Below, in pieces: positions 50,909 through 62,258 of a stretch of 64,000 bases of DNA. This DNA comes from a bacterium (GTDB lineage Bacteria > UBA8248). A program made the translations under genes and the position numbers. A model generated the notes under the pieces. It made no database searches. It was given only the letters and a program-made list of their open reading frames with translations, and was not told where the DNA came from. How positions within the stretch are numbered: position 1 is the stretch's first letter; each line of letters starts with the position of its first letter. Location: the NCBI GenBank assembly GCA_965203325.1, contig OZ241875.1, positions 4,032,001-4,096,000 on the forward strand, given 5' to 3'.

Positions 50909-51821
50909 TTTTTCTTGCCCCCCTGACAAGGGGGGGCAGGGGGGGGTGCCCGAAGCGGCGAGACGGCGCGAGCGGCGGAGCCGCGTATCGAAAGGCGAAT
51001 TCGCGTTCGCAGGAGAAAGGCGCTCCCCCATCCTTCGATATGGCGCTTACGCGCCTACTCAGGATGAGATAGATGTAAGGACTTTTTCAACTCCCCCTTG
51101 GGGAAGTTCGGCATCCCTGCGGCGCGTCTCCCCGGTCGGGTCGGGTTTTCATTCGGGAATTTATTGCGATTCGTCGGCGTATCATCTTGGTTCGGCGGGT
51201 TTTTATCTTTTATCCCCGAGAAATTTTCACGTAAAAGCGAAAGCGCATTTGCCCGCAATTGCTGTTCTTGCGTGCGGCGGGGGTTTGGTAGGGTGGCGGA
51301 GCGAATCGCTCCTTGCGCGAAAGCGCGGCGGGCGCGGCACTTTCATGAGGCTGAGACGATGACGAAGTCAATTTCATGCGAGCCATTCGCCCCGGCGCAT
51401 CCGGGGAGGCGGGAGAATTTCGCGTGCCTTCCGGGCATCGGCGGCTCCGAGCGGGTGATGGAGAGCATGCCGGACGAGCGCGCGTGCGTGAATCGGGAAT
51501 TCCTGAGAAATACGATAAATATCGATAAATTAACGGGGTTATTCGATAAATTTCTGAAAATTTCTGACTATGCAAGTAATTGTAATAAAAAGAGTTATCA
51601 TATAAATCTGATCGTCTCGCACTCAGATATGGCGGAAAAAAATTTCGCGCGCCGCATTTGCCCGCAGATTCGATGAGTTGAGCGCGCCCCGGCGCATTTC
51701 CCCGCATATTCGCGCAGATTCTCATTCCCCGCCAAGTTGACATTTCGACGCAGCCGCGTAATCTTCTCATATGCGGGGCGCGGCCCCGAGGGGGGAATGA
51801 ACACGTCCGGCGGGAGAGCAC

Positions 51822-52472
51822 ATGAAGATATTCATCGATACGGCGAACCTGGAGGAGATCACCGAGGCGGCGTCCACGGGCATCCTGGACGGCGTGACGA
51901 CGAACCCATCGCTCATCGCAAAGGAGGGCGCCGACCACCACACGAGAATCAAGGAGATATGCGAGGTGGTCGACGGGCCGGTGAGTGCGGAAGTCATCGC
52001 CACGGAGTGGAAGGAGATGGTCGAGGAAGGCCGCGAGCTGGCCGCGATTCACGAGAACGTCGTCGTGAAGGTTCCGGTGGGCGTCGAGGGTCTGCGCGCC
52101 GTCAAGGCCATGCGCGAGGAGAACATCAACACGAACGTCACCCTCATCTTCAGCCCCGCGCAGGCGATGCTGGCCGCCAAGGCGGGGGCATCTTTCGTGA
52201 GCCCCTTCGTGGGCCGGCTGGACGACATCTCCAACCCGGGCATGCAGATCGTGAGCGACATCGTTCAGATTTTCGAGAACTACGATTACGCCACCGAAGT
52301 GCTGGTGGCCAGCGTGCGCACGCCGATCCACCTGCTCGAGGCCGCGAAGATGGGGGCGGACGTCGCGACGGTCCCCTTCGGTGTGATCGCGCAGTTGCTC
52401 AAGCATCCGTTGACGGATATCGGGTTGGAGAAATTTTTGGCGGATTGGCGCCGCGCCAATGAGATGCGCTGA
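51822..52472 (+). CDS. tal: Transaldolase (short TalC/FSA-type)
   Basis: FIDTAN, GVTTNPS, VVKVP; has Tal-type SAEV (Glu) and SPFVGR (Phe) rather than FSA-type Gln/Tyr. Confidence 0.9.
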   Translation: MKIFIDTANLEEITEAASTGILDGVTTNPSLIAKEGADHHTRIKEICEVVDGPVSAEVIATEWKEMVEEGRELAAIHENVVVKVPVGVEGLRAVKAMREENINTNVTLIFSPAQAMLAAKAGASFVSPFVGRLDDISNPGMQIVSDIVQIFENYDYATEVLVASVRTPIHLLEAAKMGADVATVPFGVIAQLLKHPLTDIGLEKFLADWRRANEMR

Positions 52473-52495
52473 CTATCCGGGAGGCCAGAAAAATC

Positions 52496-52726
52496 ATGCC
52501 GATGTATGAATTTCTTTGCGGAAGCTGTGAAATAGATTTCGAGACCATCGTTTCATCCGCGCAAGCCGTAGATGGGGTCGAATGCCCTGAATGCGGCTCG
52601 AAGAAGGTTCACAAGAAACTTTCCTTGTTCGCCAAATCCACTTCGAGTGCTGCGGCGTCGGTGCCGATTGCCAGTGGATACTCGGCCGGCGGGGGCGGCT
52701 GCGGAGGCATGTGTTCGTGCCACTGA
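52496..52726 (+). CDS. FmdB family zinc-ribbon protein
   Basis: MPMYEFLCGSC...CPECGS...; Cys-rich tail. Confidence 0.85.
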   Translation: MPMYEFLCGSCEIDFETIVSSAQAVDGVECPECGSKKVHKKLSLFAKSTSSAAASVPIASGYSAGGGGCGGMCSCH

Positions 52727-52806
52727 TCCCTCGGGGCTGAGCTTTACTCTCTCGCCGCCTGATTCGCGCTATATCCTTGCAGGGAATTCCCAGGGGAGGG
52801 AACATC

Positions 52807-54057
52807 ATGTCCCAAGACGAGCGAATCAGCGTATTCGAAACCGCAAGCGCACAGTTTGACCGGGCAGCGGAAATCATCGGTTTGGATGATGATATGCGGT
52901 TTCTCCTCAAGACACCTTTCCGTGAAGTGAGAGTCGAACTTCCCATCCGCAGGGACGACGGCTCCCTGGGCGTTTGGGAGGGCTACCGCGTCCAGTTCAA
53001 CGGCTCGCGAGGGCCTTTCAAGGGCGGAATCCGATACCACCACGAAGTGGACATGGACGAGGTGCGCGGGCTTTCGGCCCTGATGGCCTGGAAGACGGCT
53101 TTGGTCGACATTCCCTTCGGCGGTGGAAAAGGGGGCATCACCGTCAACGTGAAAGAACTCAGCGTGTTTGAGTTGGAGCGGCTGACCAGAAAATTCATCG
53201 CGCGCATCGGTCATATCCTGGGGCCATACCGCGATGTCCCCGCCCCCGACGTGAACACGAATGCGCAGGTGATGGCGTGGATTTTCGATGAATACAGCAG
53301 CCGGCACGGGTATGCGCCGGCTTGCGTCACCGGAAAGCCTTTGGCCATGGGCGGTTCTCCGGGAAGGGAGGCCGCCACGGGGCGGGGCGCCGTGATGGTG
53401 TTCGAGGAGATTGCGAAAAAAGAGGGCTGGGACCCCGCAGCAATGACGGCGGCGATACAAGGTTTCGGGAACGTCGGCTCTTTCGCCGCCAGGTTCATGA
53501 AGGAGCTTGGAGTAAAGGTGGTGGCGATTTCGGGCAGCAGGGGCGCTTATTTTAACGGCGACGGCATCGACATCGAAGCTGCCGCGGCGCACCGAAGGGA
53601 TGCAGGTACGATCGAAGGTCTTCGGGGAGTCGAAGAGATCACCAATGAAGAACTATTGGCGCTCGATGTGGACATCTTGATTCCGGCGGCTCTGGGCGGC
53701 GTTATTCATGCCCGCAATGCGGCAAACGTGAAAGCCCGTGTTATTCTCGAAGCGGCCAATGCCCCCGTAACCGAAGCGGGAGAGGACATTCTGGTCGATG
53801 GCGGGAACGTCATGCTGATCCCGGACGTGTTGGCGAGTTCCGGCGGCGTGACGGTCTCGTATTTTGAATGGGTCCAGAACATCCAGCAATTCGGCTGGGA
53901 TGAAGAGCGGGTGGACGGCGAACTGGGCAAAATCATGTCGCGCGCCACCGCGGAAGTGTATGCGCTGGCCGAGGAGAAACAAGTGTCTTTGCGTACGGCG
54001 GCCTTCATTGTCGCCATTGAAAGAATCGCGGAGGCCGAACGCCTTCGCGGTTTGTAG
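52807..54057 (+). CDS. gdhA: Glu/Leu/Phe/Val dehydrogenase (glutamate dehydrogenase-like)
   Basis: GPFKGGIRY, PFGGGKGG, DVPAPD, QGFGNVG, GGVTVSYFEWVQN. Confidence 0.93.
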   Translation: MSQDERISVFETASAQFDRAAEIIGLDDDMRFLLKTPFREVRVELPIRRDDGSLGVWEGYRVQFNGSRGPFKGGIRYHHEVDMDEVRGLSALMAWKTALVDIPFGGGKGGITVNVKELSVFELERLTRKFIARIGHILGPYRDVPAPDVNTNAQVMAWIFDEYSSRHGYAPACVTGKPLAMGGSPGREAATGRGAVMVFEEIAKKEGWDPAAMTAAIQGFGNVGSFAARFMKELGVKVVAISGSRGAYFNGDGIDIEAAAAHRRDAGTIEGLRGVEEITNEELLALDVDILIPAALGGVIHARNAANVKARVILEAANAPVTEAGEDILVDGGNVMLIPDVLASSGGVTVSYFEWVQNIQQFGWDEERVDGELGKIMSRATAEVYALAEEKQVSLRTAAFIVAIERIAEAERLRGL

Positions 54058-54068
54058 AGCCGGCCACG

Positions 54069-54998
54069 TTGGTGGAGTCTTCGTTGCCGGGATTCGTGAT
54101 AGACGCCCAGGGTATCGAGAAATCCTTTGGAACCCTCAAAGCCGTCGATGGCGTCTCGCTGCAGGTGAAACCCGGAGAATGTTTCGGGATTCTGGGTCCG
54201 AACGGAGCCGGCAAAACCACGACAATCAAGATGCTGCATGGAGCCGTTGAGTCTGATTCAGGTACTCTGAGGGTGTTGGGCAGGGATGTGGCGACCCAGA
54301 GCCGGCTCATTCGCGCGCAGATGGGCATCGTGTCGCAAGAGGATACCCTGGATCGTGATCTGACCGTATATGAAAACCTTTGGGTGTATGCCGGATTTTT
54401 CAGTATTTCGAAGAAGGCGTCATTATCGCGCATCGAGTATCTGCTCGATTTCATGCAGCTCCGCGAAAAATGGGATTCACAAATCAAGACCCTCTCCGGC
54501 GGAATGAAGCGGCGCCTCCACATCGCGCGCGCCCTCATTCACGAGCCGAAATTCCTGATTCTGGACGAACCCACTACAGGCCTCGACCCGCAAGCGAGGC
54601 ACCTTGTCTGGCAAAGGCTCCGGGAGCTTAAGGCGCAGGGTCTGACCATCCTCCTCACCACGCATTACATGGAGGAAGCGGCGCAGATGTGCGACCGCAT
54701 CGGCATCATGGACGGGGGAAAATTTCTGCTCGAGGGGCCACCACAAAGCCTGGTTCAGGAAAAAGTGGGCGATGAAGTCTACGAATTGAAAGGCGGTGCT
54801 TCGGTAGAGTTTCTGGACTCGTTGCAGGGTCTTTCCGTCACCACTGAAATCGTTGCCGATATATTGTATCTGTACAGCCGCAATGGGATGGGAATCATGG
54901 AGCATTTGATTTCTTTCGGGCGGAAGGATTTTTTGAGAAGACCCGCCACCTTGGAGGATTTGTTTCTGAAACTCACGGGCAGGGAGCTGCGGGATTGA
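54069..54998 (+). CDS. ABC transporter ATP-binding protein (NodI-like)
   Basis: GPNGAGKTT, LSGGMKRR, LDEPTTGLDPQARH, TTHYMEEA. Confidence 0.92.
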   Translation: MVESSLPGFVIDAQGIEKSFGTLKAVDGVSLQVKPGECFGILGPNGAGKTTTIKMLHGAVESDSGTLRVLGRDVATQSRLIRAQMGIVSQEDTLDRDLTVYENLWVYAGFFSISKKASLSRIEYLLDFMQLREKWDSQIKTLSGGMKRRLHIARALIHEPKFLILDEPTTGLDPQARHLVWQRLRELKAQGLTILLTTHYMEEAAQMCDRIGIMDGGKFLLEGPPQSLVQEKVGDEVYELKGGASVEFLDSLQGLSVTTEIVADILYLYSRNGMGIMEHLISFGRKDFLRRPATLEDLFLKLTGRELRD

Positions 54999-55771
54999 TG
55001 CTTTTCCCCCAAGCCCCGAGCCATCGCGCCTTTCGCGTCTGGGTTCGTCATTTGGTGTACTACCGCTCTTTCTACTTGGCGGAATGGGCGGGGAATCTGG
55101 GCGAGCACATCTTGTGGCTGGTGGCGTTTGGTTATGGACTCGGCCGGTTGGTGCCGAATTTGGACGGCATCTCTTATGCGCAGTTCATTGGTCCCGGATT
55201 GATGGTTTCCGTCGCGATGTGGAACGCCACGTATGAGTCCACATACGGAGCTTATTCAAGAATGAGAATTCAAAATATCTATGAATCCATGCTGATGGCT
55301 CCGCTTACGGTAGGCGATATCGTGCTGGGGGATCTTCTTTGGTGCGCCAGCCGGGCACTGATTGGCTCGACATTGATGTTGATCGTTTTGAGTTTGTTCG
55401 GCCTTGTAGGCTCCTTGTGGGCGGTGGCGATTCTTCCGATTCTATTCATCGAAGCCGTGATGTTTGCGGCCTTGGGTCTGATTGCGACATCGCTGGCGCA
55501 TAGTTTTTCGTTTTTCAACTTTTATTTCTCCGCTATCGTCATGCCGATGTTTTTCTTCGCCGGCACATTGTTTCCCATCAAAGGTCTTCCGATTTGGGTG
55601 GAACGGTTGTCCGAGGCTCTCCCGCTCACGCATGCGGTGCGAATCTCGCGCGGCTTGTTTATTTATGGATATGTTGAGAATTTTATCTGGCACTTTTCGC
55701 TCTTGCTTGGTTTTACGTTCTTGTTCTTGACAGTTGCCTGTGTTTTGGTGAGCAGACGGATGGTGGAATAG
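54998..55771 (+). CDS. ABC-2 transporter permease (NodJ-like)
   Basis: Six TM segments, GYGLG, YESTYGAYSRM, PLTHAV. Confidence 0.88.
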   Translation: MLFPQAPSHRAFRVWVRHLVYYRSFYLAEWAGNLGEHILWLVAFGYGLGRLVPNLDGISYAQFIGPGLMVSVAMWNATYESTYGAYSRMRIQNIYESMLMAPLTVGDIVLGDLLWCASRALIGSTLMLIVLSLFGLVGSLWAVAILPILFIEAVMFAALGLIATSLAHSFSFFNFYFSAIVMPMFFFAGTLFPIKGLPIWVERLSEALPLTHAVRISRGLFIYGYVENFIWHFSLLLGFTFLFLTVACVLVSRRMVE

Positions 55772-55772
55772 T

Positions 55773-56714
55773 ATGGGGTCTGTCATTAAAGTCCTGAATT
55801 TTCCTGAACCTTTTTTGTTTCACGAGAGCTTGCTGCGTTTTCGCGTTTCCAGAGAGGAGTTCGTCAATTCCTACGCGGATGGGGTGTACCGCAGGGTTGT
55901 GGAAGATCCGAATGGTGATTTGGTTTTGTTGGAGGCTGAAAAAGCAGATGAGGGTCGAAGCGCGATTCGACTTCGAATGACCACACAGGGGCGGATGACG
56001 AAATCGGCACAAAATGCCGGTATCGACGCTATCAAGCATATATTGGCTTTTGATCTGGATTTGAACCCGTTTTATAGGATGACGAAAGACGATCCGAATT
56101 TGGCTCTGATCGCGAAAAAATTCAGGGGGCTCAAACCCATACGATACCTGAGCGTTTTTGAGGCTCTTGTTACGGCGATTACAGCGCAACAGGTGAATTT
56201 AACGTTCGCCGGTGCCATACGTGGGCGGATGGTGAAGCGATGGGGGAGAAAATTGCGTATCAATGGGCAGACCCATTACGCTTTTCCACGCCCGGAACGT
56301 TTGGTTAAAGCGCGAGTAGCCACCTTTCGCGCGATGCAATTCTCGGAACGAAAAGCCGAATATGTTTTTGGTGTGGCGCGCGCCGCTCTGGAGGGTCGAT
56401 TGAATGAGAGCGAACTGCGTATTCTCCCCATAGACGAGGCGGTGGCCCGCTTGACCGATATACGGGGCGTGGGTCGCTGGACAGCAGAGCAAATGTTGTT
56501 TCGGGCACTCGGCCGCGTAGAGGTATTTCCGGGTGGTGATTTGGGAGTCCAGAAGGTCGTGGCGCGTTACTGCTTTGGAGAAGAGCGTGTGGACGAGGAA
56601 ACAGCGCGTAAACAAGCCGATGGGTGGCATCCCTGGGCTTCTCTGGCGACGACTTATTTGTTCGCGGCATGGCGCGCGGGGTTAGCCCCGCAGGTGAAAC
56701 CAACTGATTCTTGA
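55773..56714 (+). CDS. alkA: DNA-3-methyladenine glycosylase II
   Basis: FEALVTAITAQQV, HhH IRGVGRWTA, FPGGDLG, WHPW. Confidence 0.88.
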   Translation: MGSVIKVLNFPEPFLFHESLLRFRVSREEFVNSYADGVYRRVVEDPNGDLVLLEAEKADEGRSAIRLRMTTQGRMTKSAQNAGIDAIKHILAFDLDLNPFYRMTKDDPNLALIAKKFRGLKPIRYLSVFEALVTAITAQQVNLTFAGAIRGRMVKRWGRKLRINGQTHYAFPRPERLVKARVATFRAMQFSERKAEYVFGVARAALEGRLNESELRILPIDEAVARLTDIRGVGRWTAEQMLFRALGRVEVFPGGDLGVQKVVARYCFGEERVDEETARKQADGWHPWASLATTYLFAAWRAGLAPQVKPTDS

Positions 56715-56730
56715 GAGCCGATAACCATAT

Positions 56731-57873
56731 ATGAACAACACACGGGTTTCTATTGAAGAGCGTGAAAAACACTTGCTGGCGCCTTATGCCGCGCATAGCG
56801 CAGATAGCCTCGGACGAAAGCATCCGGAGCCTGAGCACGATATGAGGACGGCTTTTCAGCGCGATCGTGACCGGATTATCCATACGCAGGCGTTCAGAAG
56901 ACTTGAATACAAAACCCAAGTATTTGTGAATCATGAGGGGGATCATTACCGGACACGCTTAACGCACACCATTGAAGTGAGCCAAATCGCTCGCTCCATC
57001 GCGCGGGCGCTTGGCTTGAATGAGGAACTCGCCGAGGCTGTTGCCCTCGCGCACGATTTGGGCCACCCTCCGTTCGGGCATGCTGGCGAGAAAGTTTTAG
57101 ATGAACTGATGAAAGATCACGGCGGGTTCGAACATAATTTGCAAGCCCTACGGATCGTCGAAGTTTTGGAGAAGCGTTACCCATCGTTCCCGGGTTTGAA
57201 TCTGACATGGGAAACACGAGAGGGCATAATTAAATATCTTCATCGCCACGAAGGACCGATGCCTGTGGGTCTGACGAATACAATCTCTCCCAGCCTCGAA
57301 GCTCAGGTAGTCGATGTGGCGGATGAGATTGCATATAACAATCATGATTTGGATGATGGCCTTTCGTCCCGGCTGTTTGAACCGGAAGATTTGCAGGATA
57401 CGCGCCTTTGGCGCGAACACTACGAAAGCTCAAAAAAATCGTTTCCTAATTCTTCCTGGCGGGAGAGTAAGCACGACACCATTCGCCGAATTATCAACTC
57501 ACAGGTTCAGGATATCATCACCTGCTCATGTGAGCGCATTGAGACGCGTAGGCTCCGAGATATATCGGACGTGAGAGAAAATGGGCATGAAGCGGTTGTT
57601 TTCGGCGAGGAGATGAATGAGAAAAACATCGAACTCAAACGGTTTTTGATGACGCGGATGTATAAAAACGAACGTGTTATGCAATTAGAAAAAAGCGCTC
57701 GAAAGATACTGAATGGACTGTTTCATTTGTATGTCGCCGAACCAGAAAAAATTCCCGAACATGTTCGCAAACTCGAGGAAATGGATGGTCGACATCGAAT
57801 GGTTTGTGATTATGTGGCCGGAATGACGGACCGCTACGCCTTGCAACAATATGAACGATGGCTGGATGCCTGA
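56731..57873 (+). CDS. dgt: Deoxyguanosinetriphosphate triphosphohydrolase
   Basis: FQRDRDRI, FRRLEYKTQV, RLTHT, AHDLGHPPFGH, DYVAGMTD. Confidence 0.95.
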   Translation: MNNTRVSIEEREKHLLAPYAAHSADSLGRKHPEPEHDMRTAFQRDRDRIIHTQAFRRLEYKTQVFVNHEGDHYRTRLTHTIEVSQIARSIARALGLNEELAEAVALAHDLGHPPFGHAGEKVLDELMKDHGGFEHNLQALRIVEVLEKRYPSFPGLNLTWETREGIIKYLHRHEGPMPVGLTNTISPSLEAQVVDVADEIAYNNHDLDDGLSSRLFEPEDLQDTRLWREHYESSKKSFPNSSWRESKHDTIRRIINSQVQDIITCSCERIETRRLRDISDVRENGHEAVVFGEEMNEKNIELKRFLMTRMYKNERVMQLEKSARKILNGLFHLYVAEPEKIPEHVRKLEEMDGRHRMVCDYVAGMTDRYALQQYERWLDA

Positions 57874-57976
57874 CACTTGTTTTTCTATTCTCTGCCGGGA
57901 AGGCGAGAAAAGAAGAAAAAATCTCGGGATGACGGTGATTCAGAAGCATCTCTGCAAGGTTATTGCATGCAAGGCA

Positions 57977-59386
57977 TCATTTGGTTTGAAGAGCGGCGAA
58001 AAGATTTGTTTCTTTTCTCTTCAAAAGGAGGAGTATAGAGCCATCAAGGCGGGATTTATCAATGGCCGACTGAAATTCTGCTATCGTCCTGACAGGTTTG
58101 TGGTTTATCTCCTCGATTTTATCTCCGGGCCTGACTCCACTGAGTTCGGCAATGCCGCCTCTCAAAATCGATGAAACCACCAATTTATTCTCCTCATGAA
58201 TTAACCCGAAACGCTGGGCAATGTGTGGGGTAAGCACCTCTACTTTCATTCCCATGGACGTATGGTTCGCCAGCTTTCGCGAATGGGGCGCTTCAGACCG
58301 GCTCCCTATACGGATATAGACACTCTCAAGACGTTTTTCTCGAAAGTACTTCACCAACACAAGGGAATTTGGCTTCGTGCGAGCCACTATGCGGAGAAGG
58401 CTTTGCCATGTGCTGACAGACTTGCCATCGAATTCAACGACGACGTCTCCTCTACGTAAGCCGGCACGATGGGCGGGGCCGCCGCGTGTAACTTGTGTGA
58501 GCTTGGCACCCTCGAGGTGGGAAAGACCCAGGGTTTTCCCCTCTTGTCGGGGGACTTCGGATATGGCCGCACCCAGACGGCCTCGAACCGGATAGCCTTT
58601 ATGTTGCAGCGAATCAATAACGGCTTTGGCCTGGTTAATCGGAATGGCGAAACCGATGCCTAAACTCCATGCGCGCGACTCGCTGGAAAATATAACTGTG
58701 TTAACACCGATTACGACGCCTTTCGTATTCGCGAGCGGCCCACCTGAATTGCCGGGATTGATCGATGCGTCGGTTTGGAGGAATTCATCAAAAGGACCTT
58801 CTTTCAAGTCCCGACCCTTGGCGCTGATTATTCCCACAGATACCGAATTCGCCAAGCCGAATGGGCTGCCAATCGCTATAACCCACTGCCCGACTTCTAG
58901 TTTATCGGAATCTCCGAGAGATGCTTCCTGGAGTTTTTGAGTCGGTTTTATTTTTAGCAAGGCAAGATCAGTTTTATCGTCGACACCAAGTAAACGTGCC
59001 GAGAATTCCTCGCCTGCATGGAGTTTGACCATGATTTCTTGCGCATTCTTGATAACGTGGTGGTTCGTCAAGATATGGCCTTCTTGTGAGACAATGATTC
59101 CCGATCCCACATTATAGTGGTCGCTAAAGGGCACATTTCCCTGATCAAATTTTGGAGGATTGTCTTTTTGACGGCCTCTACTGAAGAGGTTGAGTAACGG
59201 ATTGCCCTCGATTCCTTTTGGTTTTACACGAATATGTACAACTGAAGGTTGTAACTTTTTGGCCGCATCAATGATGAGGCGATTACCAAATGGATGCGGT
59301 CCTGCCGATGCTGGTGAGGCGCAAAATAAGCAGAACAACAATAATATGGAGAGGTGAATTAAAACATGTAGGCTGCGGCAGCGCAT
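57977..59386 (-). CDS. degP: HtrA/DegP family serine endoprotease with two PDZ domains
   Basis: GSG, TNHHV, DLALLK, TDASINPGNSGGPL; start position uncertain. Confidence 0.9.
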   Translation of the reverse strand: MRCRSLHVLIHLSILLLFCLFCASPASAGPHPFGNRLIIDAAKKLQPSVVHIRVKPKGIEGNPLLNLFSRGRQKDNPPKFDQGNVPFSDHYNVGSGIIVSQEGHILTNHHVIKNAQEIMVKLHAGEEFSARLLGVDDKTDLALLKIKPTQKLQEASLGDSDKLEVGQWVIAIGSPFGLANSVSVGIISAKGRDLKEGPFDEFLQTDASINPGNSGGPLANTKGVVIGVNTVIFSSESRAWSLGIGFAIPINQAKAVIDSLQHKGYPVRGRLGAAISEVPRQEGKTLGLSHLEGAKLTQVTRGGPAHRAGLRRGDVVVEFDGKSVSTWQSLLRIVARTKPNSLVLVKYFREKRLESVYIRIGSRSEAPHSRKLANHTSMGMKVEVLTPHIAQRFGLIHEENKLVVSSILRGGIAELSGVRPGDKIEEINHKPVRTIAEFQSAIDKSRLDGSILLLLKRKETNLFAALQTK

Positions 59387-59668
59387 AGTTAAGTGTACCC
59401 TAATCGTTGGGTGCGGATTACGCATAAATGACTGAAACACTGCACTTTGCATATGCTAACATCGTGTATATCCGGGGGCAAACAATTTGACCAAGGTTGG
59501 ACAAGTTTGATATAGCGTGTTCGCCTGATCACCTGTGAAAATAGTAGGTTTATCTACTGCTGTTTTTTAAGTAACCAGAAATCGAAGAACGGAAATAAAA
59601 TTTTCAAGCAGGCTCACGCAATTTCGGCATTCGCGCCATTCGCCTTCCCAGAGAGATTTCTTCCGGCC

Positions 59669-61471
59669 GTGAACATTGATCGAATCAGGAATTTTTCAAT
59701 TATCGCTCATATAGACCACGGAAAATCCACCTTGGCGGATCGCATTTTGGAAATGACCGGGGCGCTTTCAAAGCGTGAAATGTCTTCTCAGGTTTTGGAT
59801 TCCATGGACTTGGAACAGGAGCGAGGCATCACGATCAAGGCGGCGACGGTGCGAATCTTCTACAGATCGGATAGGGGCGAAGAATATGTCTTTAACCTCA
59901 TAGATACGCCCGGTCATGTGGATTTCAGTTATGAGGTTTCCAGGAGCCTTCAGGCCTGCGAGGGTGCTTTGTTGCTGGTTGACGCGACCCAAGGTATCCA
60001 GGCGCAAACGGTGGCGAATGCATACCTTGCTTTAGAGCAGGACTTAGCCATTATCCCAGTAATCAACAAAATCGATCTGCCAGCGGCGGATCCTGACCGC
60101 GTGATGAAGCAAATGGAAGACATCATCGGAATTGACCGGGATGAATGCCTTTTGGTGAGCGCGAAACAAGGCGAAGGTGTGGATTCACTACTTGAAGTAA
60201 TCGTTGAGCGAGTGCCGCCTCCTAGTGGAGAGATGCAAGGTTCTGTTCAAGGACTCGTAATAGATTCTTGGTATGATTCCTACCAAGGCGCCATTCCACT
60301 CTTCCGGGTGTTCGAGGGGACAATTCACAAGGGCGATATCGTACGGTTCATGTCTACTGGCAAGGAATATCAAGTTCTGAGTTTAAGTACATTTACGCCT
60401 CATGAAGTAAAAATGAAAGAACTTGGGCCGGGCGAAGTGGGAATTTTGTCTGCTTCGATACGCGAGGTGAGTGATACACGGGTAGGTGACACAATTACAC
60501 TTGCCAAAAACCCTGCGGGTAAGGCCATCCAAGGCTTCCAGGAGCCGAAAGCGATGGTATATAGCGGTTTATATGCGGCGGACAGCGCCGAATATGAGGA
60601 TTTAAGGACGGCGCTCGAAAAACTCAGACTGAACGATTCGGCCTTTACCTATGAACCCGAGACGTCGGTTGCTTTGGGATTTGGTTTCAGGTGTGGATTT
60701 TTGGGTCTTCTTCACATGGAAATTATTCGCGAGAGGCTGGAGCGCGAATACGATCTGACACTTATCATTACAGCTCCGACAGTGATTTTTCGCGTTCTGC
60801 TCAGTGACGCTACGGTGGAGGAAATTGATAGCCCAGCTAAGTTGCCCGAACTGTCAAGGATTGAATCGATCGAGGAGCCTTTCATTTTGGGTACTATTCT
60901 TGTGCCCTCGGAATATGTGGGCGCTGTGCTCAAATTGGCACAAGAAAAGCGGGGAATGCAGCGCTCCATGGAATATATCGATACGACGACTGTGCAAATC
61001 GTCTACGAACTACCATTTAGTGAAATTCTCTTTGATTTTTACGACAAGTTAAAATCCGTTTCTCGAGGATACGCGAGTTTTGATTATGAGCACCTGGATT
61101 ACCGTTCGGCGGAGGTGGTAAAGCTGGATGTCCTGCTCAACGGACAGCCGATAGACCCCTTTTCAACGATCATTCACAAGGAGAAAGCTTACTATCATGG
61201 CAGAGCGCTGGTGCAAAAAATGAAAGAAATCATTCCGAGGCAAATGTTTGAGGTTATCATACAGGCCGCGGTTGGGAACCGGGTGATTGCGCGGGAGACG
61301 ATTCGTGCGTTGAGAAAAGATGTGACAGCGAAATGCTATGGTGGTGATATCACGCGAAAACGCAAGTTGTTGGAAAAGCAGCGAGAAGGGAAGAAACGCA
61401 TGAAGAATATCGGTACCGTAGAAGTGCCTCAAGAAGCATTTATGGCTGTTTTGGATGTGGGCAAGGAGTGA
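59669..61471 (+). CDS. lepA: Elongation factor 4
   Basis: [43 protein letters not shown]. Confidence 0.98.
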   Translation: MNIDRIRNFSIIAHIDHGKSTLADRILEMTGALSKREMSSQVLDSMDLEQERGITIKAATVRIFYRSDRGEEYVFNLIDTPGHVDFSYEVSRSLQACEGALLLVDATQGIQAQTVANAYLALEQDLAIIPVINKIDLPAADPDRVMKQMEDIIGIDRDECLLVSAKQGEGVDSLLEVIVERVPPPSGEMQGSVQGLVIDSWYDSYQGAIPLFRVFEGTIHKGDIVRFMSTGKEYQVLSLSTFTPHEVKMKELGPGEVGILSASIREVSDTRVGDTITLAKNPAGKAIQGFQEPKAMVYSGLYAADSAEYEDLRTALEKLRLNDSAFTYEPETSVALGFGFRCGFLGLLHMEIIRERLEREYDLTLIITAPTVIFRVLLSDATVEEIDSPAKLPELSRIESIEEPFILGTILVPSEYVGAVLKLAQEKRGMQRSMEYIDTTTVQIVYELPFSEILFDFYDKLKSVSRGYASFDYEHLDYRSAEVVKLDVLLNGQPIDPFSTIIHKEKAYYHGRALVQKMKEIIPRQMFEVIIQAAVGNRVIARETIRALRKDVTAKCYGGDITRKRKLLEKQREGKKRMKNIGTVEVPQEAFMAVLDVGKE

Positions 61472-62202
61472 ACGTGTCGGATGCCGATTTAGCAACAGGC
61501 AAGAGCGCGAAACGTAAGCGTAAATCCAAATCAACTTTTCGCGAATATGCTGAAGCAATAGTCATAGCTTTGTTGCTGGCTATGTTTGTGCGCACCTTTG
61601 TAGTGCAAGCATTCAAGATTCCCTCGGGTTCGATGGAAAATACTCTTCTTGTCGGAGACCATATACTTGTCAATAAATTTATTTATTGGTTCCGTGGACC
61701 TAAGCGCGGGGACATTATTGTCTTCAGGTTTCCTAAGGATGAACGACGGGATTTTATCAAGCGCGTTATTGCTTTGCCGGGTGAGGCGGTGATGATTCGA
61801 GAGGAAAAAGTGTTTATCAACTGCGCCACACCGAACAACCCGGAAAAATGTGTGCCGCTGGATGAAAAATATGTGCGTTTTGAGCCAAATGGTACCGCTG
61901 TAGGTTTTGAGAGCAAATGGGGGCCACAAAAAGTTCCGCCTGGGCACTTATTCATGCTTGGGGATAATCGGAACAATAGCCAAGACAGCCGGTTTTGGGG
62001 TTTTTTGAAAATGGGTGAGCGCGTGACTCATATACCTATCCGTTTTGCGGGTTATGCTTTTGGGTTGCCTTTCCCTTGTTCGTTATGGTCTGCGCCGTGT
62101 TGGGACGATAAGATCCGTGGTTCCGCATTCATGATTTACTGGTCCTGGAACGGAGATTCGGGTTCACCGCGCTGGGGCAGGCTGGCGAACTTTATTAGCT
62201 GA
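61468..62202 (+). CDS. lepB: Signal peptidase I
   Basis: [35 protein letters not shown]. Confidence 0.95.
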   Translation: MNVSDADLATGKSAKRKRKSKSTFREYAEAIVIALLLAMFVRTFVVQAFKIPSGSMENTLLVGDHILVNKFIYWFRGPKRGDIIVFRFPKDERRDFIKRVIALPGEAVMIREEKVFINCATPNNPEKCVPLDEKYVRFEPNGTAVGFESKWGPQKVPPGHLFMLGDNRNNSQDSRFWGFLKMGERVTHIPIRFAGYAFGLPFPCSLWSAPCWDDKIRGSAFMIYWSWNGDSGSPRWGRLANFIS

Positions 62203-62258
62203 TTTTTGTTGAAGTTACGTCTCTCCAGCCCAAAATGACCCAAAGAATAAAAGTAGTC

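Noticed and set aside
46580..51200. Repeat-separated small genes as a CRISPR array or integron cassette array
   Set aside because: Repeats differ in family, length and spacing; no cas genes or integron integrase; no consistent attC RYYYAAC...GTTRRRY boundaries seen.
52496..52760. FmdB-like gene ending in TGA after a Cys-rich tail as a second selenoprotein
   Set aside because: The CGGMCSCH end looks like a normal C-terminus, the UGA is not in a redox motif, and no convincing SECIS follows.
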